Part shown: in pieces, positions 31,821-42,004 of the stretch
How the letters are laid out: each line of letters opens with the position of its first letter
Position numbering within the stretch: the first letter of the stretch is position 1
Sequence record: PQ303785.1
Reading direction: 5' to 3' (one strand)
Length of the DNA stretch: 64,000 bases
Origin: Escherichia phage LYE-01
The notes under the pieces: generated by a model
Databases searched by the model: none
What the model was told of the DNA's origin: nothing
Seen by the model: the letters and a program-made list of their open reading frames with translations, nothing else
Translations under genes and position numbers: made by a program

Positions 31821-32447
31821 ATGTATGAATACAAATTTGACGTGAGAGTTGGTTCTAAAATAATCAACTGTCGCGCATTTACTCTTAAAGAATATCTAGA
31901 ACTTATTACTGCTAAAAAGAACGGTTCAGTCGAAGAAATTGTTAAAAAGCTAATTAAAGACTGTACAAATGCAAAAGATTTAAACCGTCAAGAATCAGAA
32001 CTCTTGTTGATTCATTTATGGGCACATTCTCTTGGAGAAGTTAATCACGAAAACTCCTGGAAGTGCACCTGTGGAACTGAAATACCAACCCATATAAATC
32101 TATTACATACACAAATAGATGCACCAGAAGACCTCTGGTATACACTGGGTGACATTAAAATTAAGTTCCATTACCCTAAAATTTTTGATGATAAAAATAT
32201 AGCCCACATGATAGTATCATGCATAGAAACGATTCATGCTAACGGGGAAAGCATTCCAATTGAAGACTTGAATGAAAAAGAGTTGGAAGATTTATATTCT
32301 ATCATCACAGAGTCAGATATTGTAGCTATAAAAGATATGCTTTTAAAGCCTACTGTTTATTTGGCTGTTCCAATTAAGTGTCCAGAGTGTGGAAAATCTC
32401 ACGCTCATGTAATAAGAGGACTCAAAGAATTCTTTGAGCTATTGTAA
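31821..32447 (+). CDS. 26: baseplate hub subunit gp26
   Basis: 208 aa, size and synteny. Confidence 0.85.
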   Translation: MYEYKFDVRVGSKIINCRAFTLKEYLELITAKKNGSVEEIVKKLIKDCTNAKDLNRQESELLLIHLWAHSLGEVNHENSWKCTCGTEIPTHINLLHTQIDAPEDLWYTLGDIKIKFHYPKIFDDKNIAHMIVSCIETIHANGESIPIEDLNEKELEDLYSIITESDIVAIKDMLLKPTVYLAVPIKCPECGKSHAHVIRGLKEFFELL

Positions 32448-32845
32448 TGGCAAATATTAATAAGCTTTATTCTGACATTGACCCAGAAATGAAAATGGAT
32501 TGGGACAAAGACGTTTCCAGATCTCTTGGATTAAGGTCAATTAAAAACAGTCTTTTAGGAATTATTACAACCAGAAAAGGGTCGAGACCGTTTGACCCAG
32601 AATTTGGTTGCGATTTATCTGATCAACTTTTTGAGAATATGACTCCTCTTACTGCTGATACGGTTGAGCGTAACATTGAAAGCGCAGTAAGAAACTACGA
32701 GCCGCGTATTGATAAATTAGCAGTTAATGTAATACCAGTTTATGATGATTATACTCTGATAGTAGAAATACGCTTTTCGGTCATCGATAACCCTGATGAT
32801 ATTGAGCAGATAAAACTGCAACTGGCTTCTAGTAACAGAGTATAA
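32447..32845 (+). CDS. 25: baseplate wedge subunit gp25
   Basis: 132 aa, size and synteny. Confidence 0.85.
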   Translation: MANINKLYSDIDPEMKMDWDKDVSRSLGLRSIKNSLLGIITTRKGSRPFDPEFGCDLSDQLFENMTPLTADTVERNIESAVRNYEPRIDKLAVNVIPVYDDYTLIVEIRFSVIDNPDDIEQIKLQLASSNRV

Positions 32846-32871
32846 TGCTTCACGTATAAACGTGGTATAAT
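32846..32871 (+). promoter_or_regulatory. MotA-dependent middle promoter of uvsY
   Basis: TGCTTCA MotA box at 32846, 13 nt, TATAAT at 32866. Confidence 0.5.
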
Positions 32872-32912
32872 GAATCTAAGTCCAATCCAATAACAATTGA
32901 ATAGAGAACAAT

Positions 32913-33326
32913 ATGAAATTAGAAGATCTTCAAGAAGAATTGAAGAAAGATGTGTTTATAGATTCGACTAAATTACAGTATGAAGCAGCTAATAATGTGA
33001 TGTTATATAGTAAATGGCTTAATAAGCATTCAAGTATTAAAAAGGAAATGCTTAGAATTGAAGCACAGAAAAAAGTTGCTCTTAAAGCTAAATTAGACTA
33101 CTACTCGGGACGAGGAGATGGTGATGAATTTAGTATGGATCGTTATGAAAAATCAGAAATGAAGACAGTTCTATCAGCTGATAAGGATGTTTTAAAAGTT
33201 GATACTTCATTACAATATTGGGGAATTTTATTGGATTTCTGTAGCGGAGCTCTTGATGCTATTAAATCGCGTGGATTTGCTATTAAGCATATTCAAGACA
33301 TGCGAGCATTTGAGGCTGGAAAATAA
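32913..33326 (+). CDS. uvsY: recombination mediator UvsY
   Basis: 137 aa, size and synteny. Confidence 0.9.
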   Translation: MKLEDLQEELKKDVFIDSTKLQYEAANNVMLYSKWLNKHSSIKKEMLRIEAQKKVALKAKLDYYSGRGDGDEFSMDRYEKSEMKTVLSADKDVLKVDTSLQYWGILLDFCSGALDAIKSRGFAIKHIQDMRAFEAGK

Positions 33327-33550
33327 TGAAATATAGCATTGATGATGCTTTTAATTATGAAGAAGAATTCGAAACGGAAATTCAATTCTTAATGAAAAAG
33401 TATAATCTCAAGCGTCAGGATATTCGTATCCTGGCTGACCACCCATGTGGTGAAGATGTACTTTATGTTAAAGGAAAATTTGCCGGATATCTTGATGAAT
33501 ATTTTTATTCTAAAGATATGGGCATTGATATGCATATGAGAGTTATATAA
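33326..33550 (+). CDS. hypothetical protein (uvsY.-1 position), 74 aa
   Basis: ORF with ATGA overlap to uvsY. Confidence 0.55.
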   Translation: MKYSIDDAFNYEEEFETEIQFLMKKYNLKRQDIRILADHPCGEDVLYVKGKFAGYLDEYFYSKDMGIDMHMRVI

Positions 33551-33553
33551 ATA
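33546..33553 (+). promoter_or_regulatory. late promoter TATAAATA
   Basis: Exact motif 26 nt upstream of the small ORF at 33579. Confidence 0.4.
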
Positions 33554-33578
33554 GATATATAATTTAGAGGAGACAATC

Positions 33579-33746
33579 ATGTCAGATAAGATTTGTGTTG
33601 TCTGTAAAACTCCAATCGATTCTGCATTGGTTGTTGAAACAGACAAAGGTCCTGTACATCCTGGGCCTTGCTATAATTACATTAAAGAACTACCAGTTTC
33701 AGAAAGTTCGGAAGAACAATTAAATGAAACACAACTTTTGCTATAG
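33579..33746 (+). CDS. small CxxC-containing protein (uvsY.-2 position), 55 aa
   Basis: ATG with GAGGAGA RBS; MSDKICVVCKTPIDS...; too short for the ORF track. Confidence 0.5.
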   Translation: MSDKICVVCKTPIDSALVVETDKGPVHPGPCYNYIKELPVSESSEEQLNETQLLL

Positions 33747-33802
33747 TGTGACCTTTAGTCTATAGTTTTGGCCCTTCCTTTTTTGGTTGGGCCTTTTTTA
33801 AT

Positions 33803-34045
33803 TTAAAAGCTTTCTTCTACTTCATCGTCTGAATCTTCTAATTCAGCTCTTTTTCCTGCCAAAGCATCTCTCACAGAGATGTCATCAGTATCTTTTAATT
33901 CAGTTTCTTTAACTCTTTTCTTATAATAAGCTTCAAGTTCTTCTAGACCTTCTAATGTTTGGCATGATGCAATTTTACCCATAAATTCATCAATAGAAGC
34001 TTCATAAAGAAATTGTTTAAATTCTAGTAACATCTTTTTCTCCAA
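33803..34045 (-). CDS. UvsW.1 small protein
   Basis: 80 aa ORF immediately downstream of uvsW. Confidence 0.6.
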   Translation of the reverse strand: MEKKMLLEFKQFLYEASIDEFMGKIASCQTLEGLEELEAYYKKRVKETELKDTDDISVRDALAGKRAELEDSDDEVEESF

Positions 34046-34058
34046 AGGGCCGAAGCCC

Positions 34059-35570
34059 TTATAAATTAACTGTTTTCATTACGTAATTAAATTTTTCATC
34101 TGCGTAGCGCTGAATACGATCAATGCCGTGTTTTAAAAGATAGTTCAAATGAACATATTTCTTTTTCGTATTAGCAGATTTTGGCTTGACGCCACAATCA
34201 TCAATGAGGTCCCAGACCGTTGCGATTGTTTTAGAACCATGCTTACGTAATACGCGACCTATTGTTTGCAATACAATAATTTTAGATTTAACACCATGCG
34301 CTAAAACAACGTGATGCAGATTTTTAACTGAAATACCAGTAGAAAATACACCATAACTAGCTACTATAATTATTCCTTTACCGTTTTCAGCTAAGGTTTT
34401 CATTACATTACGGGTTTCGGTATCAACTTCCCCTGATACGTAATAAACTTTATCGTATTCATTTTTAATTAAATCGAAAATAGCTTTACCATGTGATACA
34501 TGCTTAAACATGACAAAAGCGTTTTCATCTTTTTGCGCAAGTTTAATAGCTAATTTAGCGATCCATTTATTTCTTTTACTGAGTCCAGTAATAATTTTTA
34601 TTTCTTCTTGGTAAGTTTTTCCCTTTAATTTAGTAGTGAACTCATCGGGATAGCGAAGAAAAATACTATTAATTTTTAGCTCAGTTACTTGTCCATCTTC
34701 CATTAATTTAGAAGTCGTTACTGGCTTAAATATTTCACCAAACATTCCAACATACTGCATGATATTAGCTTTGCCATCACGCAATGAACCTGATAGACCA
34801 AATTTAAACATGCAGTTATTTAAACCTGATATGATAGATGAAATACTTTTTCCTGTGGCAAGATGGCATTCATCATTCATCATCATTCCAAACTGTGAGA
34901 ACCATTCTTTTGGTTGTTTTACTACAGTTTGCCATGTACCAACAATTACCGGTGCATCATTTTTATATTTATCATCTTTTGATGCTCCGCCGCCAATTTT
35001 CTTTATCATTGCATGACTGAATAAACGATAATCAACAAAGTCATCAGCCATCTGAGTTGTCAGAGCAGTTGTTGGAACAATGATAAGAATTTTACCTTCA
35101 TAATTTTCCAAATAATAACGTGCAAGCAAAGCTTGAATTAAAGATTTACCTGCGGATGTTGGAAGATTAAGAATTCTACGACGATTAACTAATCCTTCGA
35201 ACACTGCATCTTTTTGATACCAGTGCGGTTCAATTCTTTTATTTCCTGAATAGATTTCTAATTTAGAAAGCCATTCATCAAAATCTTTTCTTGATAATTC
35301 TTCTTTTTCGTTAATTTGTGGGTCAATCCAGGCTTTATAGCCAAAGTTGTCGCAGAACTTTTTAATTTGCCCGACTAAGCCAAACGGAAGAAGACGATTA
35401 TAATCTAAAAGACGGATTCGTCCATCCCAGTGACCATATTTGTATTTCGGATTAAAACGATACCCATCAGCTTCAAAGCTAAAGAAATCACGGAGTTCAT
35501 GAAATGTACTTTCTTCACAATCAATTCTCACGTGACTAAAATCATAAAAATGTACTTTAATGTCAGTCAT
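34059..35570 (-). CDS. uvsW: UvsW RNA-DNA / DNA helicase
   Basis: 503 aa; SF2 helicase motifs (Walker A PTSAGKS, DECH box). Confidence 0.9.
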   Translation of the reverse strand: MTDIKVHFYDFSHVRIDCEESTFHELRDFFSFEADGYRFNPKYKYGHWDGRIRLLDYNRLLPFGLVGQIKKFCDNFGYKAWIDPQINEKEELSRKDFDEWLSKLEIYSGNKRIEPHWYQKDAVFEGLVNRRRILNLPTSAGKSLIQALLARYYLENYEGKILIIVPTTALTTQMADDFVDYRLFSHAMIKKIGGGASKDDKYKNDAPVIVGTWQTVVKQPKEWFSQFGMMMNDECHLATGKSISSIISGLNNCMFKFGLSGSLRDGKANIMQYVGMFGEIFKPVTTSKLMEDGQVTELKINSIFLRYPDEFTTKLKGKTYQEEIKIITGLSKRNKWIAKLAIKLAQKDENAFVMFKHVSHGKAIFDLIKNEYDKVYYVSGEVDTETRNVMKTLAENGKGIIIVASYGVFSTGISVKNLHHVVLAHGVKSKIIVLQTIGRVLRKHGSKTIATVWDLIDDCGVKPKSANTKKKYVHLNYLLKHGIDRIQRYADEKFNYVMKTVNL

Positions 35571-35599
35571 GTCTAAATACCATGTAATAAATATATCTA

Positions 35600-35607
35600 T
35601 ATTTATA
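35600..35607 (-). promoter_or_regulatory. late promoter for uvsW
   Basis: TATTTATA on + strand (TATAAATA on -), 30 nt upstream of the uvsW start. Confidence 0.45.
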
Positions 35608-35620
35608 CTGAGGAAATATT

Positions 35621-36301
35621 ATGATAGATAAAGATTATATTGCAGAGCTGAAGGCTCTTGATGATAATAAAGAAGCTAAGGCTAAATTAGCTGAATATGC
35701 TGAACAGTTTGGTATAAAGGTCAAAAAGAATAAATCTTTTGATAATATCGTTGTTGATATTGAAGAAGCCCTCCAGAAGCTCGCTAGTGAACCTATGCCA
35801 GAGACTGATGGGTTATCTATTAAAGACTTAATCGATGCTGCTGATGCCGCAGAGGGATTAAAATATGACGATGAAGAAGTCAATCCAGAAGCAGCACTTC
35901 TGATTGATTCTCCGGTTAAATCTGACATTAAAATTGAAGTAGTAGAAACGGATAAAATTCCTGAAAATACCGATGTTTTGATTGAAGATACTCCTTTTGT
36001 TGAAGAAAAATTCGAACAGGCTGTAGCTGAGATTATTGAATCTGAAAAGTCGTCTGTATTTACTCTTCCGGAAAACTTTAGTCCGAATCTTCAGCTGATT
36101 GGAAAAAATCCAGGATTCTGTACGGTTCCTTGGTGGATTTACCAGTGGATTGCTGAAACTCCGGATTGGAAATCTCACCCAACTAGTTTTGAACATGCGT
36201 CGGCGCATCAAACTTTGTTTAGCTTAATTTACTACATTAATCGTGACGGATCAGTTCTAATTCGTGAAACACGTAATTCTTCTTTCGTAACATTAAAATA
36301 A
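35621..36301 (+). CDS. inh: Inh, inhibitor of prohead protease
   Basis: 226 aa, size and synteny. Confidence 0.8.
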   Translation: MIDKDYIAELKALDDNKEAKAKLAEYAEQFGIKVKKNKSFDNIVVDIEEALQKLASEPMPETDGLSIKDLIDAADAAEGLKYDDEEVNPEAALLIDSPVKSDIKIEVVETDKIPENTDVLIEDTPFVEEKFEQAVAEIIESEKSSVFTLPENFSPNLQLIGKNPGFCTVPWWIYQWIAETPDWKSHPTSFEHASAHQTLFSLIYYINRDGSVLIRETRNSSFVTLK

Positions 36302-36310
36302 GGATAACTT

Positions 36311-37441
36311 ATGGCTTTTACAGTTGATATAACTCCTAAAACACCTACTGGAGTTATAGATCAGACTCAGCAGTTTACTGCTACACCCAGTGGTGAAACT
36401 GGAGGTGGAACTATTACCTATGCTTGGACTGTAGATAATGTTCCACAAGATGGGGCTGAAGCAACTTTTAGTTATGTACTAAAAGGACCTGCCGGTCAAA
36501 AGACTATTAAGGTGGTTGCAACAAATACAATTCCAGATACTGATGCTGAAACAGCAGAAGCTACTACAACTATCACAGTTCAAAATAAGACACAGACAAC
36601 TACCTTAGCTGTAACTCCTAATAGTCCTCCAGAAGGAGTAATCGGAACAGCCGTTGAATTTACTGCTGCCTTAGCTTCACAGCCATCGGGCGCATCTGCT
36701 ACGTATCAGTGGCATGTAGATGGTTCTCCTGTGAGCGAAGCAACTAGCGCTACATTCAATTACACTCCTACTACAAGCGGAGTTAAAAAAATTAAATGTG
36801 TAGCTCAAGTAACCGCGACAGATTATGATGCAAAGGAAGTTACTTCTAATGAAGTATCATTGACGGTTAATAAGAAGACAATGAATCCACAGATTGCATT
36901 GACTCCTCCTTCTATTAACGTTCAGCAAGATGCTTCGGCTACATTTACTGCTAATGTTACTGGCGCACCTGACGCAGCACAAATTACTTACTCGTGGAAG
37001 AAAGATTCTTCTCCTGTAGAAGGGTCAACTAACGTATATACTGTCGATACCTCATCTGTTGGAAGTCAAACTATTGAAGTTACTGCTGTCGTTACAGCGA
37101 CTGATTATGATAGCAAAACAGTTAAAACAACAGGTCAAGTTCAGGTAACTGATAAAGTTGCTCCGGAACCAGAAGGTGAATTGCCTTATGTTCATCCTCT
37201 TCCACATCGTACTTCAGCTTATATCTGGTGCGGTTGGTGGGTTATGGATGAAATCCAAAAAATGACTGAAGAAGGTAAAGATTGGAAAACTGACGACCCA
37301 GATAGTAAGTACTACTTGCATCGTTACACTCTTCAGAAGATGATGAAAGACTATCCAGAAGTTGATGTTCAAGAATCGCGCAATGGATACATCATTCATA
37401 AAACTGCTTTAGAAACTGGTATCATCTATACCTATCCATAA
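36311..37441 (+). CDS. hoc: Hoc, highly immunogenic outer capsid protein
   Basis: 376 aa; three Ig-like repeats (Y.W.VD..P) then C-terminal capsid-binding domain. Confidence 0.9.
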   Translation: MAFTVDITPKTPTGVIDQTQQFTATPSGETGGGTITYAWTVDNVPQDGAEATFSYVLKGPAGQKTIKVVATNTIPDTDAETAEATTTITVQNKTQTTTLAVTPNSPPEGVIGTAVEFTAALASQPSGASATYQWHVDGSPVSEATSATFNYTPTTSGVKKIKCVAQVTATDYDAKEVTSNEVSLTVNKKTMNPQIALTPPSINVQQDASATFTANVTGAPDAAQITYSWKKDSSPVEGSTNVYTVDTSSVGSQTIEVTAVVTATDYDSKTVKTTGQVQVTDKVAPEPEGELPYVHPLPHRTSAYIWCGWWVMDEIQKMTEEGKDWKTDDPDSKYYLHRYTLQKMMKDYPEVDVQESRNGYIIHKTALETGIIYTYP

Positions 37442-37445
37442 TCTA

Positions 37446-37472
37446 AGGGGCTTCGGCCCCTTTCTTCATTTT
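37446..37472 (+). terminator. Rho-independent terminator after hoc
   Basis: GGGGC TTCG GCCCC then T-rich tract. Confidence 0.6.
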
Positions 37473-37529
37473 GAAAGCACACAAAACACAATCAGAAAAC
37501 GATGTATATAATGGCACCAACTCGATAAC

Positions 37530-37745
37530 ATGAGATTGATTATGAGAACTGAGGTTGTGGTGTTTACACTCCATGAGTCTGGAAAGTCATTCATTGAAAT
37601 TGCTCGTGAATTGAACTTACATGCAAAGGAAGTGGCTGTATTATGGGCTCGAGCTATGACTGCTAAGAATAAATTTGAGACTCGAGAAAAAGTTGTCTAT
37701 AGAAAAAGACATATTAATAAAAGGGTGAAAAATGGAACAGTATGA
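37530..37745 (+). CDS. hypothetical small protein with putative HTH, 71 aa (or 67 aa from ATG 37542)
   Basis: ORF; ESGKSFIEIARELNLHAKEV helix-turn-helix-like segment. Confidence 0.45.
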   Translation: MRLIMRTEVVVFTLHESGKSFIEIARELNLHAKEVAVLWARAMTAKNKFETREKVVYRKRHINKRVKNGTV

Positions 37746-38010
37746 TCTTTATGAAAATGAATCTTTTGCTAATCAATTACGCGAAAAAGCACTTAAAAGT
37801 AAACAGTTTAAACTAGAGTGTTTTATTAAAGATTTTTCGGAACTTGCTAATAAAGCAGCTGAACAAGGTAAAACATATTTTAGTTATTATTGCACTGCTC
37901 GCGATAAATTGATTACTGAAGAAATTGGTGATTGGCTGAGAAAAGAAGGATTTAGCTTTAAAGTCAATAGTGATCAGCGTGATGGTGATTGGTTAGAAAT
38001 TACATTTTGA
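37732..38010 (+). CDS. hypothetical protein, 92 aa
   Basis: ORF overlapping upstream stop. Confidence 0.45.
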   Translation: MEQYDLYENESFANQLREKALKSKQFKLECFIKDFSELANKAAEQGKTYFSYYCTARDKLITEEIGDWLRKEGFSFKVNSDQRDGDWLEITF

Positions 38011-38019
38011 GGATTAATT

Positions 38020-39024
38020 ATGTTTAAAAAGTATAGCAGTCTTGAAAATCATTACAATTCTAAATTCATTGAAAAACTTTACAGTTTAGGATTGACTGGC
38101 GGCGAATGGGTAGCTCGTGAAAAGATTCATGGCACAAATTTCTCACTGATTATTGAACGCGATAAAGCAACTTGTGCTAAACGTACTGGACCGATTCTTC
38201 CTGCTGAAGATTTCTTTGGGTATGAAATTATTCTAAAGAATTACGCTGATTCCATTAAAGCAGTACAAGATATTATGGAAACTTCGGCAGTTGTATCTTA
38301 TCAAGTCTTCGGCGAATTCGCTGGACCTGGCATTCAGAAGAATGTCGATTATGGCGATAAAGATTTTTATGTATTTGACATTATTGTTACTACCGAAAGT
38401 GGTGATGTGACTTATGTCGATGATTATATGATGGAATCATTCTGTAATACATTTAAATTTAAAATGGCTCCACTTTTGGGTCGCGGTAAATTTGAAGAGC
38501 TTATTAAATTGCCAAATGATTTAGATTCTGTCGTCCAAGATTATAATTTTACAGTAGACCATGCTGGATTAGTTGATGCAAATAAATGCGTTTGGAATGC
38601 CGAAGCAAAAGGCGAAGTATTTACTGCTGAAGGATATGTATTGAAACCTTGTTATCCTTCTTGGATGCCTAATGGCAATCGTGTAGCTATTAAATGCAAG
38701 AACTCTAAATTTAGCGAAAAGAAAAAGTCTGATAAGCCTATTAAAGCTAAAGTTGAGCTGTCAGAAGCTGATAATAAATTGCTGGGAATTTTAGCTTGCT
38801 ACGTTACACTGAACCGAGTAAATAACGTTATTTCTAAAATTGGTGAAATTGGTCCAAAAGATTTTGGAAAGGTGATGGGACTAACTGTTCAAGATATTTT
38901 GGAAGAAACTTCTCGTGAAGGTATTACTCTAACTCAAGCGGATAATCCTTCTTTGGTTAAAAAGGAATTAGTTAAAATGGCACAAGATGTACTTCGTCCG
39001 GCTTGGATTGAATTGGTAAGTTAA
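38020..39024 (+). CDS. rnlB: RNA ligase 2
   Basis: 334 aa; nucleotidyltransferase motif KIHGTN; position next to gene 24. Confidence 0.9.
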   Translation: MFKKYSSLENHYNSKFIEKLYSLGLTGGEWVAREKIHGTNFSLIIERDKATCAKRTGPILPAEDFFGYEIILKNYADSIKAVQDIMETSAVVSYQVFGEFAGPGIQKNVDYGDKDFYVFDIIVTTESGDVTYVDDYMMESFCNTFKFKMAPLLGRGKFEELIKLPNDLDSVVQDYNFTVDHAGLVDANKCVWNAEAKGEVFTAEGYVLKPCYPSWMPNGNRVAIKCKNSKFSEKKKSDKPIKAKVELSEADNKLLGILACYVTLNRVNNVISKIGEIGPKDFGKVMGLTVQDILEETSREGITLTQADNPSLVKKELVKMAQDVLRPAWIELVS

Positions 39025-39058
39025 ATAAAAAGGGACCGAAAGGTCCCTTTGTTTTATT
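39024..39058. terminator. bidirectional terminator between rnlB and gene 24
   Basis: AGGGACC GAAA GGTCCCT hairpin flanked by an A-run and a T-run. Confidence 0.6.
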
Positions 39059-40337
39059 CATCAACGATAATTTTTGGTAGCTTAACACCTAATAAAACAG
39101 ACAAATCTGAACGACCCGCCATTTTATCCATGTCTCCACCATCAATTATTCTTGCTTCTTTTTCATCTTTTGCTACAGTGTAAGGATTTGCAGATAAAGC
39201 ATATCTAACTAATAAACCGATAGATGGCTGCAAACTTTCTGGATCAACTACAACTTTAAATGCACCTACATGTTCAGGGTCATCTAAGTCAAGACCTTCT
39301 GTATACGGAGCATAGAAAATTGATCCAACAATTTCTTTTTCGCCGATATTTTCTACTACACCAACGATTACATAATCTAATGGGCTGTTAGTATCGCAAT
39401 AAAGCGGTAAACCATTAGCTAAGAACCCGTAGGCATTTTGTGAAAGATATTTATCATCTTCTGGTTTATGTTTTAACCAACCTGATGCAGCAAGAATCGC
39501 GGCGGCACGAGCTGAAGCAACACAGAACGTTGCTGTATAAGTTGATTCTTTTTGGATATGCGAAACCATTTCACACACCATTCGGTATAATGAACGACCA
39601 GCTTCAGGTGCAGATGCATAACTCAAATCAATGAATCCAGTGTCAGTAATTCCTGTAACTTTATAGCGTTTTGATACTGTAATCAAAGACTGTAGAATAT
39701 CTTTATTGATTTCATCCGCCATTTCAGTTGCAAGCAAATCTTCCAAGAAATTAGGAGCATCGAATCCATTTGCTTCTAAATCTTGTGCTAATTCAACTGT
39801 GATACCAGTTTTAAGTTTACGAGATTTAACTGCGGTTTGCCATTTATTAATCTGGAATCTAGCATCAGCAATTTCGCTATCAGAGCTTTCAAATTTGCTT
39901 GTTGACGCTGCGTCAGAAAATAGACGAACTTTTAAAAGAACAATTGCAATCTGAAGAGCTAATTCTAAATCGCTTTCTTCAATGGTAGCAAATGGTGTAT
40001 CTTCTAATACTTTATAAACGATATTATTATATTTGAATAAATCGCCTTTATTGAGATTTAATTTAGACTCTTCTGTTAATTCAGTGATTTGTTCTCGGTC
40101 TACATATCCAGCTTCACCAGCGTAAGTAGCACCAGTTTTAAATGTAAATTCGTTATCTGGGTTAAGGTATTTGATACCGTAAAAAGCAGCAACAGGTTGA
40201 TTAGTTCTTTGCGTTGCTACAATGTCAGAATATATTAATTTAGTGGTAGCGCGAGTCAAAGCAACGAGATTTGGGCGACCGATTGAGTTGCTATTCGTTG
40301 TGCTTGATTCGCGCAGAAGTTCGTTGATTTTAGCCAT
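39054..40337 (-). CDS. 24: capsid vertex protein gp24
   Basis: 427 aa, paralog of gp23, synteny. Confidence 0.9.
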   Translation of the reverse strand: MAKINELLRESSTTNSNSIGRPNLVALTRATTKLIYSDIVATQRTNQPVAAFYGIKYLNPDNEFTFKTGATYAGEAGYVDREQITELTEESKLNLNKGDLFKYNNIVYKVLEDTPFATIEESDLELALQIAIVLLKVRLFSDAASTSKFESSDSEIADARFQINKWQTAVKSRKLKTGITVELAQDLEANGFDAPNFLEDLLATEMADEINKDILQSLITVSKRYKVTGITDTGFIDLSYASAPEAGRSLYRMVCEMVSHIQKESTYTATFCVASARAAAILAASGWLKHKPEDDKYLSQNAYGFLANGLPLYCDTNSPLDYVIVGVVENIGEKEIVGSIFYAPYTEGLDLDDPEHVGAFKVVVDPESLQPSIGLLVRYALSANPYTVAKDEKEARIIDGGDMDKMAGRSDLSVLLGVKLPKIIVDE

Positions 40338-40364
40338 TGCGCTTTCCTTTTGGTTTATATGATT

Positions 40365-40372
40365 TATTTATA
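40365..40372 (-). promoter_or_regulatory. late promoter for gene 24
   Basis: TATTTATA on + strand, 28 nt upstream of the gp24 start. Confidence 0.45.
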
Positions 40373-40384
40373 CCATAAAAACAA

Positions 40385-40410
40385 CTAAAGGGACCCGAAG
40401 GTCCCTTAAA
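40385..40410 (-). terminator. hairpin terminator after gene 23
   Basis: GGGACC CGAA GGTCCC; on the - strand followed by a T-rich tract. Confidence 0.5.
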
Positions 40411-40420
40411 TCGTCAAAGA

Positions 40421-41986
40421 TTAGATACCTTTAACATATACACGGCGGAAGTAAGCGTTTTTACCAAGGCTATTCAGAATAGAAGGCATACCGCTCTGGA
40501 TGCGAGAAGCCGGAGCCTGAGCAGCGGATTCTGCAAATGGGTTGATACCGATACCGTAACGAGTTTTGAATCCCATTACTGGTTGGAAGTTCTTCGGATC
40601 GGAACCACGCAGCGGAGTCAGAGCTACATATGGAGCATAGTAAATACCAGCATCCATTTCGTTCGGACCTTTATAACCTACAGTGAAATAATCCTGTTTA
40701 GCATACTGGTCGATATATACACGGTATTTACCACCCAGAACACCCGCAAATACTGACTTGGTAGTATCAGTGTTAAAGCCGGTAGCCAGACCCTGTGCAG
40801 CATAAGAAATGCCAGTATCAACTGAAGCCAGAACGTTAACTACGTTACGGGAAGCGATAATGAAGTTACCTTCACCACGACCGGTCTGACGAGCAATTTC
40901 AACTGCTTCTTTGTCAATCTGGAACAACAGAGCTTTAAAGGATTCACCCGCCCAGCGAGCACCACGAATATCAATCGGATCCTGGAAGTCAAATACACCA
41001 GCTTTAGAACCCGGAGTCAGGGTCATACCAGATTTACCAACCTGAGCCGAGTAGTTAATCCAATCAACAACTTCACGGTTGATTTCCAGCATGATTTCTG
41101 TAGCCAGAATACCAGACAGTTCAGCATCAGCATCCATACCGTGAACAGCGCGGAGGTCTTGTGCTAATTCGATAGAGTAAGCAGCTTTCAGCTGACGAGA
41201 TTTAGCTTCGATAACTTGTTTATCGATACGGAAGCCCATTTCATTCCATGGGTTATCGGTAGAACCGTTGAAACCTTCCTGAAGTTCAGCGATAGAAGTA
41301 GCCATACCTTCAGCGATTTCTACCAGTACACCAGCTTCCATTTGTTTCTTAATTTCAGCATCCAGTTTAGTTGCATCGTTAGCACTAGCATCGATTGTTA
41401 CTACAGCGGAAGCTTGCAGATACACAGTACCAGTTTCCTGGAAGAAGTGAGTATAGATATCACCTACAACGGTTTGTGTGCTAGCAGCCAGAGCTGGGAA
41501 TTTCTTAGCAGCACCCTGACCAGAGAACATTGCATCTGGACCATACATTGGATGGAATGCTTCTTTAGCATCGGCAGCGATTGGGTCTTTACCATATACT
41601 GCACGCAGTGCGAATACCTGGCCAGTCGGGCTGTTCATCGGCTGAACACCACAAATATCGAAAGCAATCAGGTTAGGAATAGCACGACGTACCATACCCA
41701 TAACAGCTGGGCCAATCTGAGTTACTGCGCCAGAAGTCTGACCAGCAGCGATGTTAGTAGCATTGTAACCGTGGTCACCACCGATTTCAGCTTCTGTTAA
41801 GAAAGAACCGAACGCCTGAGCGATTTTTTCGTCTTTGTACTCTGGAGCTGTCTGGAAATCTTTTTCCTGGTTTTCAAAGATTTTAGCGATAATCGCTTGT
41901 TTGCTATTAGCAATTTCCGGTAAACCTTCACCTTCCAGTAATGGCTTCCATTTGTTCAAAAGTTCAGCTTTAGTTTTGATAGTCAT
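40421..41986 (-). CDS. 23: major capsid protein gp23
   Basis: 521 aa, size and synteny. Confidence 0.95.
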   Translation of the reverse strand: MTIKTKAELLNKWKPLLEGEGLPEIANSKQAIIAKIFENQEKDFQTAPEYKDEKIAQAFGSFLTEAEIGGDHGYNATNIAAGQTSGAVTQIGPAVMGMVRRAIPNLIAFDICGVQPMNSPTGQVFALRAVYGKDPIAADAKEAFHPMYGPDAMFSGQGAAKKFPALAASTQTVVGDIYTHFFQETGTVYLQASAVVTIDASANDATKLDAEIKKQMEAGVLVEIAEGMATSIAELQEGFNGSTDNPWNEMGFRIDKQVIEAKSRQLKAAYSIELAQDLRAVHGMDADAELSGILATEIMLEINREVVDWINYSAQVGKSGMTLTPGSKAGVFDFQDPIDIRGARWAGESFKALLFQIDKEAVEIARQTGRGEGNFIIASRNVVNVLASVDTGISYAAQGLATGFNTDTTKSVFAGVLGGKYRVYIDQYAKQDYFTVGYKGPNEMDAGIYYAPYVALTPLRGSDPKNFQPVMGFKTRYGIGINPFAESAAQAPASRIQSGMPSILNSLGKNAYFRRVYVKGI

Positions 41987-42004
41987 TTGTGTTAACCTTT
42001 AAAA

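Noticed and set aside
34759-35020. Two short + strand ORFs (85 and 60 aa)
   Set aside because: Nested antisense within uvsW; no expression signals.
41216-41800. 194-aa + strand ORF
   Set aside because: Lies entirely inside and antisense to the major capsid gene 23; no RBS or promoter context.
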